From Moniliella sp. 'wahieum' (lineage: Eukaryota): 64,000 bases of DNA. How positions within the stretch are numbered: the stretch's first letter is position 1; the number at the start of each line of letters is the position of its first letter. Below are positions 38,111-49,105 of the stretch, in pieces. The translations under genes were made by a program, and so were the position numbers. Where the stretch lies: contig RSEE01000103.1 in assembly GCA_003971905.1 (NCBI GenBank), positions 124,001 through 188,000 of the forward strand, written 5' to 3'. The notes below the pieces were generated by a model, which was given only the letters and a program-made list of their open reading frames with translations, was not told the DNA's origin and ran no database searches.

Positions 38111-39399
38111 AAGTCACCATTGATTGTACTCCTCCATGAGGTCCAACAGACGTGTTTGGACAGATAGGCCTTTCTTGGTTGCCGAGCTAATGTAAGTCAA
38201 AGAAGTTCTTTAGTCGAATATGTCGATGAGGCTCGGTAATTATCAGCTGTCCCACGCATATTGGTAGACCTCAACCTCTGTCGTTTGGAGCGCGCCGCGA
38301 AAGAATATCAAAAGAAGGGTACTGATGAGACCTGCTGTCTAGTGACCCTGGTGGATACAGGTTTGGGCCAACCTACAACACCTACAGAGGGACTTCAAAC
38401 AACAGGTAGCCACTAAACTTCAGAACAAAGAAAATAAGAGAGGACAACAACGGCATTCCCAGATCAGAGGAATAACTGAAACGAAACCAAGCGGATGAAC
38501 ACACGAACCATTCGGTTGTTCACCAAGTACTTATTCTCAAAGTTTTGTAGTTGCTTGCGTGTCGTCCAGTATTGGCAAACCAACACACAAATTCGTCTCG
38601 AGACCTCTACTACTACTGCTGCTGCGACATGGGAGTGAGTGATCGGAAAGTTGGTGGTATCGATTTCTTCGACCGTGCTTCTTGATACTCGCTCGAAGGA
38701 TAATGCCATTGCTGTTTATTTCTTCCGCGGGACTAACCTTTGAAACTCTCCAGATTGCAGACGCCATTTTGTCTCCAAAGTACAACACTGCCGTGTGCAT
38801 TGATCGCATGCCGCAATGGTGAAATGCAACCAACGGAACAACAGCCGTAGTGGTCTTATTTTCTTCTTCTTCGCCCATCCTGTTAATAGAGAGCATAGCT
38901 CTTATTGCGGGAGCTATATGAAGTAAATGTAATGACTTTACCGTATCCATCCCCAGTTAGCTGCACAATAAACACCACCATCGTCATTTATTTGTTACAA
39001 ATGAAGGCAACCTACCTTTCGATTAATAAAAACACTCTATAATATGCTTCTGGAACGCACCATGACCGATGCATGCTGTATCCCTGGATTGAGAATGCAT
39101 GTGAAGAACGTAATGCTGTGGGCCTGTCGAGATCACCAGGACCACCATCATCGACTTCGAACGAACTCGTAAGAAACCAAGAGAAGCGCTGTTATGTGAA
39201 TAGACGAGATATGAGAGAAAGTCAATGTGGGCGTAAAGCTGAGGGCTGGAGGATGATGAAGGCAAACCTAATTGGGTGGTACACATAGCCCCAATCAGCT
39301 TAGATGCTAACGAACCGCATAGATGCATACCAGACCATTCGCCAAGAACTGAAGATGATGTGAACGTTAAAATCGCTCAGCGCTCACAGTCCTGAAAAA

Positions 39400-40515
39400 G
39401 TGGATCGGTGATTCTTGCTTGGTCGAGAGTGACGGCGCGGCTCACAGGGTGCCCACCGTCCTTTCATCTCCCTTTCCTGGCTCATTGTCTCCTCCCCTTC
39501 TTACTAAGGATCGTAGATATCAGACACCGTGACCCCGCTTTTGGGCTTCATGAAATAGATGCCTTTCATCTGCGCCGAGTTCAGAAGGAACCGGGGCGAG
39601 GGGGACCCCAAGGTATCGAAAGGACGTTCACTTCGGCATGCTCATAAGCTTGCCTCTCCGGATGGGGAAGAAACGGCAGCCCGCTTCACTCGTATACTGC
39701 GCCCCACGCACGTGTTGCGACCAACGAGGTCAACGACTTATCTTATTACCACTTATGTTGGCCGGTCGGGCGCACATACGCCAACAACGAACGCATTTAC
39801 GAAGCAACGCCAGCGCTGCGGGAGATGTGGGAGATTGCCGACATTCCATCAGCCTCGTGCCTCCGGCTCAAAGACAGTAGGTCTGAAGCTCCGCACGCTC
39901 TGTTGTGCCGCTCTGCACGCAGCATGTGCAAGTGTGGCGTGTCATGGCCTGCACCGGCACCCAGTCCAAGTTTGGTGCATTTCATGAGTCAATGCGGGAG
40001 CCAATTCTCTTGCTCGTCTGCTCCATCCCTGCCAACCACATCACCACAATGAGCCAACTGTGGAGGAAGAAGATGGGACGAGGCATGGAAGGAAGGCAAT
40101 GCGCACTGGCTACTCTGTGCGTAATGGGACCTGGAGCAATCGAGAGATCAACAAGAATGGAGGTGGACCATACGCTGCGCGACTCGGGAACCCAGGGGGA
40201 GCCGTACCCCAAGATGGAACATGAGAGCACCGCGACGCCTTTGGAACAGGCCTGGAGAAGGAGCTGCTTCGGTTGCTGGAACAAGCAGAATGCGACAAGA
40301 ACGTCAAGCTAACTAAGTACCAGGGACGCACCCAAGAGCCGTTTTTCCACCCTGGTCTTGACGACGCGAGGATACTACGGCATCAAGACAGCGGGCAAGA
40401 TGCTAGGGCACTGGAAGGATTTGTCTACTGACTCTCAAAATGGAGGAGATGGTTCACCGCTCGGATCTCGAGTATCACCATCTGTATTCACACGCGCCTC
40501 CTCGCGGGTATGATG
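39400..40515 (+). mobile_element. 3' half of a CRE-clade non-LTR retrotransposon (thumb, CCHC finger, restriction-like endonuclease), decayed
   Basis: Across frames: LAHCLLPFLLR, LISLPLRMG, SNASAAG, W-IADIP..LRLKD, VGLKLRTL, C-PLC..WRVMAC..FHE (CCHC + RHE-like), EP, RT/LCVMGPGA..EVD, TKYQG..PFF.TLVLTTRG..HWK. Confidence 0.65.
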
Positions 40516-41644
40516 GGAACGGATGGCGGGCACGAGAGAGTCCTGATCTCCTGGCGATTCCCTTCCTTAGACGGGGTTGGCGCTAACATACATAACAAGC
40601 AACACACGCCGAATGAACAGGTCGGTTTATGCGCAGCGTTTCTTTCTCCCAGTCTTAAATGCTGTCAATGATACGGATGCAGTAGTATAGAGAGAAGAGA
40701 AGTGCAGTGCCATGATTGGTCTGGGTGAGCCCGGTGAGCGTGGCCGCCGGTCAGGGCATGTGAGAGGCCGGTCCACGGCTTGACCCTAAGATTGGTCGCG
40801 CATTCAGACAGCCAAGGGAGAGACAACGACGAGTAGTGCGGAGGCGCATCGCTCAAGCTTGCTGGCCTCATCCACCGCGAGGGTGAGTACGTGCATAGCC
40901 CCCCAGATTGTGAGCGCGGTTTTATCCATCCTCAAAGTACATGTGGGCCTTTGACGCTTTGACCCTGGAACTTGCAAGTGTGGGCTCTTCTGCTTGCGCT
41001 TCCGGATCTGGGGTTAGTTTCAGGGTGGTCTGTGCGTCTTCAAGTATGATATCTGTGAGGCTCGCTCTTCCCTCGTGCCTTTCTCGTTTTGCCTTTGGTT
41101 GCGACCTCACCGATGTCCCGCCCAAACACTCGGCTGCTCCCCTCATTCGGGGTATCTTCCGTTACGCGCTCTCGTCCACTTTTTCCTCTCTTGGACCCTT
41201 TCGTCAATCTATCTTCCTTGAAACCCGGGGTCTATTTACAAAACTTGACAACGATGAGCCAACAAAAAACAGCGTTGTTCCTACCAAGCTTGTCCTCCTT
41301 ACATGTGGTTGCTACACCGTCCTCCCTCCTGCCCCCCCCCCCCCACCACCCCAGGAGGCACCAAAGCACATCAGGATCCAAACACGCGCAACAGAGGTCT
41401 CTGTGCTCACCAGGGACAAAAAGGGGCCGGGGCGCCACGCAATCAACGGCGAGCTGGTAGGGGCGGTAGGGAAAAGCAAGTCCTGTCGGGGCACCGGTAA
41501 TCCCCACCAACGAAACCAAGAAGTACACGGCAGTCGTCTGTAAACGCTCAATGGAAGAAAGAAATGAGAGAGGCGAAGTGCACTCACAGCATCGCGTCCT
41601 GCGCCACGATCTCCAGGCTGGCCGTTGCAAGCCTCGGAATCGCA

Positions 41645-44021
41645 TTAGAGTTCACCTTCTTCAAAATCGTCACCGTACCGTACCTTGGTACGCTAAGAAT
41701 AGGAAGATCAATCGGTTAGTATATACCCTTTGAGATATGTAGGATGATGGGAGACCATGACGTACCCGAGGAAGCAGAGGCGGGTCCTCCGCCGCCGGTC
41801 GCTTAACCCCTTTGTTATCCGGCGCATCCGAGTCGGCTCCAAACCCTTCATAGTCCAACCGACGTGGGCCAATGCCGCCATTGTACCCAATACCTGCTCC
41901 ACGACGGAAAGGTCGAGGATGTTGCCCGAGGCGGAATAGGGCGATGAGCAAGACTGTTGGCGTCACGCCGCGCATCCCGGTTCCACCTGTCATCTCTTGG
42001 TTCAGGACGACGACGATATTGTTCGCGTTCACGCTCACGTGCGCGTTCTCGGTCTCGTTCACGTTCGCGTTCGCGTTCGCGTTCGCGTTCACGTTCGCGC
42101 TCGCGCTCCCGTTCTTCCCGCTCGCGAGCCCGTTCCTTTTCCCGCTCAACCTTAGCTTGTTGCTTCCGTGCCGACTGCACATACAGATTCCATGCCCCTC
42201 TCACGTACTTTGGCAGAGGCCTCGGTCCATGCTGCAAACGCCTGAAGTGGTTCCAACTTGGCAACCTCGTCAAACGACACATCCAGGGAGTGCTCAAGCT
42301 GGCATCAAGCTGGCGCAGGGCGTACCGGAGATCATTGGCTTGGCGTTGGATCATTAGTTCGTGTTTGCGCTGTTCCTCCCGTTGGTGGAGCAGCTGGTCC
42401 TGGACGCGGGGGAACAAGAGTGTTCGTTCCTCGGCCGAAAGGAAACTGTCCAAGCCCAACTCACTGACCTTGGCTTCAAACATTTCGGGTGGAGTGTCCA
42501 ACGTTACCTCCAGCCGGCCGCGGCCAAGTCTTGGCGCACTTGCTTGGCCGCCTCGTCCAAACGCTGGTCCAGCTGGTCCACCAAGTCGTAGAAAAGGTCC
42601 ATGGGGGTAGAACCCGGCTGGCCCAACATGGCGCGCACCCGCTCATCCTCCTTGAGAAGCGGATACACCTCGGTCCAGGTGGAACCAGCATGAATGTGAC
42701 CTTGGGCGTGCAACTGCTGCAACAAAGTTTGGACTGCGACACGGCGGTGGTACTCCAGACGCGCACGTTCTTTTTCTTGGTCCTTTCTGCGAATCCGTTC
42801 TTGTGCCTCGACTTGGCGCATGTGCGTTTCAATACTTCGAGCAGATCGGGCAAGGAAATGGACTGCAAGGTAGGATGCACTTGCCATTGCGGGGTTTGGA
42901 CCAAACTGTCGTACGCTTCTTGCCAACGGGAAAAGACAGTCAAGTCCATTGCCTTGAGCAGGGTGGAAACGGTTGCTTTGTTTTCCTCTCGCGTTTTCTG
43001 TTCCTCAGCCTGTCATAGTCATCATCCGTTAGTTCCGTGTCGCCTGAATCGACCGCACACAAACATCACACCAAAAAAACGTACCTCGTGAGTTTCCTTC
43101 ATGGTGCGGATGACATAGTCATACGCCTCCCTGCGCTCCGCCTCGTCGAGCACGGCGGTCCACTGGTAGCCTGACCAAAAAGTTTGTAGGCCGACTCATA
43201 CGAAATACGGCTTGACTTCGTCCCAAACAGCTTATGGAACGTACTGGCATACATGCGAATCCGGTCGTTCCGACGCTCCCGCTCGGCCTGTTGAAGCGCA
43301 TCAATGTACTTGGTAAATGCAGCCTTGCGGTCCGAAGGTAGACAATGACTTGTACAACGGTTCCGTCACAATATGCCGCATTGTCTGTTCCCACGTCCAC
43401 TCTGGCCCGACCCCCTTAACCTGCAGCATCCCATAAACGTTTCCTCTGCTGCATTCGACGCCGGTAGCACGTCCAGCTGCAAGGGTGCTACAGCATGCCC
43501 ATGAGCAGCAGCAACAGCAGGAGGCATCGGTGGGGCCGCCTGCGGGCGGGGAGGCTGGCTGGCCGAACGGGCGGACGGGCGGGGAGGTGCGGGGGAGGTT
43601 TGGGCGGCTGGGCGGGCACGGGAGGCTGCTGAACAGGGGCCGGAGAAGAGTGTGTGCTCTCGGCAGCCTGAGGCGTGCCGACCGGAGCGGCTGGCGAGGG
43701 GCTTTGCGGGGCACCATTCAACAAAGCTAGAGGAAGAGAGCGGGTCAGATGAATGCTGCGAAAGGCAAAGGGAAGAGGTACGGTACCTTGCAGCTCCGGT
43801 GGCAGCGTCCAGGTGCGTTCCTGGGTGGAAGAGTTGAATAGTAGGTGCGGTCGCCCGTCTTGTAGGCCTTCCATTCAGTCTGGTCGAGGAGGCGTTCCTG
43901 CTCGGTCTTGAGCTCGTCGGGCTTTTGCCAAACGGAGCGCTTCTCTTGGGCATTGTACCAATACACGGCCGTTAGCATGGGTGGCTCGCTCCAGGCAGGA
44001 GGGGGAGGCGGTTTCGGGCAT
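41645..44021 (-). CDS. PRP40: U1 snRNP protein Prp40 (2 WW + FF repeats, RE/RD-rich tail)
   Basis: WW1 WSE..GRVYWYNAQEKRSVWQKPDELKT, WW2 WKAYKTGDRTYY.NSSTQERTWTLP, FF AAEETFM..WTWEQTMRHIVTEPLY, GQPGSTPMDLFYDLVDQLD, (RE)n tract at 42025-42120, last exon ..DDFEEGEL*. Several introns. Confidence 0.93.
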
Positions 44022-44189
44022 CGCGCACTGACAAGGAGCTTTCCCCTGTGTGGAGGAGGCAGGGCGCGGAAAGTGGTGGGGTGGCAAAGAGGCGCCGCCG
44101 CGACCCGTGGACAATGAAACGACGACGACGACGACGGCGGCGGCGAGCCAGGGTGCTAGGGTTGATTAGCTAATAGGGTATTTTGCGCA

Positions 44190-45257
44190 GATTTTCAACC
44201 AAACAAATGCGACTGAAATGGCATATTTCAACCTTCAACTGGCGCTTCACAAGTACCAGGGCATACATAGCATGCAGCAGCCATAGCAGGCGCAGCAGCA
44301 CAACCCGACGAGCGCTGGACCCCCCTCCTGGGGTCGATCGTCCCTCTCAATGCATCTACCGTGTCGACTGGCCCACCCCAACCACCTCACCTGGGACCGA
44401 CCGATGTTGGGCCATACGTGTGGCAACGATGCAGCAGCCACGCGTAGGCCCGAGGCAGCAGCTGAGCGCGAACGCGAACCCAACTAACCCCCTGCTTTGC
44501 CAGACATGCTCGGGGACACGGACGCAGCAGCCCTTTGCCCCACCGTCTCTTCCCGGGCAAGCGCTGCTTTGGTTCCGGGAACGTCATTGGGATCCAGTCC
44601 CTGGCCGAGTCCAGAAGAGGGGCGAACCACACCAGAAGGAAAGACGTACATTGTCGACGACAACGGCCGCACCACTACCTCGGTCATCGCGCTGCAGGAA
44701 CAACAAAGCAATAACAACCTCGACGGTATCCGACTGCAATTAGTGTCCCAAAAGGGTCCGTTTCCGAGCGGGTGGGGGATGCGATGGTCGGCGACGGGGC
44801 GGGTGTTGCTTTGTGGATCACAACACAACGCAACACCATGACCACCACCTTGGACAATCCACCGCCATCTTGAATGATCCACGATTGGAATGGGTCTCAA
44901 GCCACACTGTATCGCCGTCCCGTAACCGGCATTTGAGAGTGTGAAGGAACAGTGTCAAGTGTTTGTCGACGCTGGCTTTACCGAACTGATATACTACGCC
45001 GCAAAAAGGCTGTTATAGATCGAAGTATTTTAGGAAGACTAACCCGGAACTGTTGATTGGTGGTACGGAGAAGATTGATCAGGAAGATTGGAAGCGATGG
45101 GCCGAGTACTGTGGAGCTTCCGAGCAAGGGAATGAACGTAGTCCAATGGTTTGGGGAGTGCGTACTGTCGCAGGCGGGGGACGAGGGAAACGACTGTTGC
45201 AATAAACTTTCGACTTGTACTATACCTCGCGAATTCCTGTGAATAGTGAATGGGTTT
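44190..45257 (+). pseudogene. RSP5: RSP5/Nedd4-family ubiquitin ligase pseudogene (WW1-WW3 + partial HECT)
   Basis: WW1 ..Y.VD..TWDRP (44389-44403), WW2 TPEGKTYIVDDNGRTTT, LQLVSQKGPFPSGWGMRWSATGRV/FVDHNT (WW3). HECT: VKEQCQVFVDAGFTELI (44941), ELLIGGTEKIDQEDWKRWAEYCG (45047), VVQWFGECV, KRLLQ, SRIPVN/VNGF. In-frame stops and substitutions at invariant positions. Confidence 0.85.
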
Positions 45258-46107
45258 CTGTCACCACCAACAGTACGGTGGGGCATCTCATCACCTGCCT
45301 CCTGTTCGGGCCGCACAGATCATGATGATGGATGTCGATGACTGTCATCGACTGTCACACACATGTGATCTGTGGTGCCCTTGCGCTCTCTCTTTCTGTT
45401 CCGCTTGGCACTTGGCTCTGTGTGCCAGGGCGCTGGTGGGCGCTGAAAAAGTGCGATGGAGGTGTGAGAGTGGAGATCGAAGGACGAAGAGGTAAGCAAC
45501 TGGGCTCTGGCAGATTGAGCCGCCCAGGCAGGGATGGGACGCAGGACGCAGGATGGCACATGACGGATCACGTAATGCTGACGCGGAGGCAGCCGACGGC
45601 GGATGATGAATGATTAATGACGTCGACAGCGACGCAAACACGGCAGGCGGGGGCAGGCTGGACACTGGCGCGGTGGGGGAATGGGCGTGCGCATCGGGCG
45701 GGACGCTGGTCAGGGCGGCGAGCGCCGAGGAGCGCACGGCGGCGGTGCGCGCGGCGGGGTGCCGCATGTGGGGGATGCTCGATGCGGCGGCTGGGGCGCA
45801 TGCAGGGCGGCGCAGCGCAGGGCGGCGCAGCGGGCAGGCGGGCGCCAGGGTGGTGCAGGGTGGTCCCCAGCTTTGGGGCGCGTGCGCTAGGGCTGCGCTC
45901 AGGTCGAATCGCATGCCAGAGATCAGGCGGATCGATCGCTGATCTGGGATGCGAGGGGCATGCATTAAGCATGGTGCCTGCCACACGCTGCCTGGGTAGT
46001 GTTACTAGTTACTAGTTACTGACCAACCGACGCAACGGCCCTCGTCTGTTCCCCCACCCTTGTCGGGCCCTCCTTGGCCGCCCAGCCCACCGAGCCCACC
46101 GCTCTCC

Positions 46108-46186
46108 TCGCCCTCACCCTCGCCCTCGCCCTCGCCTTTATCCTCGCCCTCGCCCTCGCCTTTACCTCGCCCTCGCCCTCGCCCTC
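46108..46186. repeat. (CGCCCT)n degenerate hexamer tract
   Basis: Read directly. Confidence 0.85.
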
Positions 46187-46488
46187 GGTCTACCCGCCAT
46201 CCGGCCCGTGGGCATGCACCCCGCCGTCTGACCCCCCCCCCTCCCCTGCCCTCCTCTCGCGCGTCTATCCACGCCCCCTGCTCTGGTCGCCCACCCGACC
46301 GCCTGAGGAGCATTCATCCATACCCGCCTCTCGTCTTCATCTCTTTCTCTTTCCCTTCCCCTTCGGCCTTGTCCTCGCGGTCTCATCCCGCCTCTCTTGC
46401 CCCGCCTAGCCTCCCTGGGCCCATCCTTCCCTCTGCGTTTCTCTCTCTCTCCTCTCCTTCATCCCCTTCCTTGGCCGTGGTGCTGCCC

Positions 46489-48509
46489 ATGCGACCGAAC
46501 CCGCTGGACCTTTCTCACGATCGCCCGATCGGACCGCGGGTACGCAGTGTGGATCCACTTGATAAGCCAGCCCAGATCAGCTCGGAGCGGAGCGCGCTCG
46601 CAAGCACGCCCTCACCCCCCCCCCTCCTGCTGCTCCTCGGACCCTCTACAACGCACCCCCCCAACTCCCGTTCCGCCTCCCTTGACCTGCCTTGCCCCAC
46701 CTCATCACCCCCCTCCCGCTTTGACCCAAAGCACGCGCTGCCCGTAACAGAGACCTACGATCTCAACCCCCGTCTGGCTGCTCACCCTGCCAAAGTCCTC
46801 GTTTGAACTCCCTCGTTCAACCCGCCTCCTCAAGCGGGCAGTCAAGATCACTCTGACTCTTCCGTTTCCGCCTCCGAGGACATAGGCCTGACGAGCGAGG
46901 TGGATGGCACTCATGACACCGAAACGCGCAGCTCCAGTGAAGAAGGCGGTGTGAGCAGCACCTCGGACAGCCGTTCTTCTTCCTCGCTGCTGTCGGCCTA
47001 CACTCTGCCTCTACATCGACTATTGCCTCACCTGCATCTGATTCGTCCATCTCTTCCTCTCCTCAGCCTTCGACGCCTAATGACCCCATCCGGTCCGCAC
47101 GGCGGCCCCATCGCCTTTCGCATGTTGGGTCCTTCCCGGGTGCCAACCACCCGCGAGACTTTCTCAGCACGACATGTTGCCGCCCCTTCGTTCTTTGTAC
47201 CATCACCGTCTTCCTCTGCGCCCTTCTCCTCGCCCTTCTCTCCGCCCTTCTCGCTCCGCCCCATACGCGTTGACAGTCAAACCTTCGGCTTTCTCGTCCT
47301 CGGTCACACCCAGCCTGCGCGGACCCTCTCCTGCCCGCACAACAAATGCGAGCTTGGACCCTGTGCCTCCGCGCCTCGATCTCGCCCGTCAGCCCACCGT
47401 ACGGGACCTTGTATCTCATGCACAACGCGGAGCACCTGGGTCCAAGCTTTCTCTCCGTCCCAACATGATCCAGGCACCCACATCTCATCTTCCAGCTCCC
47501 GTATCCCCAAGTACGGCCCCGCGGGGGAAACATAACTCCAATCCCCTGATGCGTGCATCCCCGTCCGAACAGGGAATGCGGCCTTCTTCCCCCCTTCGTC
47601 CTCGCGATAGCCGCCCGTCTGGTCCCGGGGTGACGAGTGACCGATCTCGTTCTAACTCCCCCATTGGCTCTGGCTCTGGCAGTGCCTCTGCTGGCTCAGG
47701 CTCGGGAGGGCGTGGTGATTCGGAAGGTATGGATCAGGAAGCCGAATCGGAGGAAGAGGAGCAACCCAGTTCGGAACCTGGTGCGCCTGACACTTCCTCT
47801 GAAGAGTCGTCTCGTTTGGACGAAATGGGATCGAAGGAAGTGTCGTCTGAGCTGATGAATTGTACGATGGCCGCCCAATTGGCATACGCGTACCATCCGC
47901 ATAAGATTTACGTCCCTCCACGTGCTTCAGCTCCCGCTTCTGCATCCGCCCCCCGTCTCTCGATCGGACCCGTCCACGTTCGCGAGAACATGAGACGGTA
48001 GCCTGGACGAGGGACACTCGCACCCGCCGCCACAGATCTGGTATACGCTTCGTCCTCCTCCGTCGGAGTTGAACCTGGCCTCCCTGGGTGGTGGGCATCA
48101 TCACTTTACCTCTGCCACTGACGCCATGCTCTGGTTTGGGGCAGAACTGCGCGAGGCGCAGTTTGACTTGGTTCTCTCACCTCTCATGCCCCCCTCGGCA
48201 CCCACACAAGCAGAGTGGGTGCGGCAACAGGCTGCTGAGCAAGAGGGGTACGACCTCGGCCAGCTGGGAAGCGCCCCGTGGCGGTCCTGGGGGCCGTAGA
48301 TATTTTGTGTTGTGGCCTGAAGACATCAAAGAAGAATCGCTAGATACTCCCCTCGCGCTCTCGTCCCGTCAGAAGGAGTGGGTCAACCGACTGTTGCCGG
48401 CAGTGGCTGAGCTGGAGCCCAACTGGAGCGAATGGGACTGGGGGGCATCTGATGCATGTTCTTCACGCTGTGGATGTGGGGAAAAAACGTGTGGGGGGGA
48501 AGGGGTTGA
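46489..48509 (+). CDS. Hypothetical Ser/Pro-rich protein with a possible small C-terminal globular region; boundaries uncertain
   Basis: Chained + strand ORFs (46900-, 47174-, 48069-, 48088-) with coding-like composition, including ELMNCTMAAQLAYAYHPHKIY and RYFVLWPEDIKEE..WVNRLLPAVAELEPNWSEWDW. Confidence 0.45.
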
Positions 48510-49105
48510 GTTTGACCTCTTTTATCTTCGTTTGGCATTGTGCTGCTGTTGGCTCCTATTTTCCGTCCTCTTTTTTTGTCTTTGGCGCTTTCTGTCTCGT
48601 TTCCTGTTCCCGTTCGGATCTGTTCCAGCTCCAGCTCAAGGTCGACTGAGTGGTCTACTCAGGGCTGCCTCAGGCCGGAGGTCAGGCCTGAGCGATGGGG
48701 CAACCAGACTATCGACCCACCCTCGTGCTGCGTCGCACCGGCAAGGTTCTTGCTGGCTGGAAGAAGAACAGTCCGTTGCATGTCGGATTGCCTGTCCACC
48801 ATGCCCTCTGCAATGCATCATTCCTATGCTGTGTGCCTGTAATAGATAACGTGGTTCACAGACCAGGGCGAGGCGAGTGTGCGGAGCTAGAACACTGCCC
48901 CTGTGCTGCGCCCCTGGTGCCAGAGCTCGGTGGGGCAGGCGAAAAACACCACATGCTGCTATTTATAGGTGGGAGCCGCGACCATGTTGTTTTAACCCTC
49001 GCCTCTTCTCAGCCGCATGCTTACCATCTGGCCACCGCGCTCTCCTTTCCTCTCTCCCTCCCGCTTCCCTCTCTCCCTTGCACCACCACCGACACAGGCG
49101 CAGCC

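Noticed and set aside
40922..41270. Small minus-strand ORF downstream of PRP40
   Set aside because: 74 aa with no recognisable motif; cannot be supported without expression data.
43800..44880. WW motifs on both strands as an inverted duplication of PRP40
   Set aside because: The + strand WWs carry Rsp5 signatures (VDHNT, GPxPSGWxMR) and are followed by HECT sequence; no inverted DNA repeat is visible.
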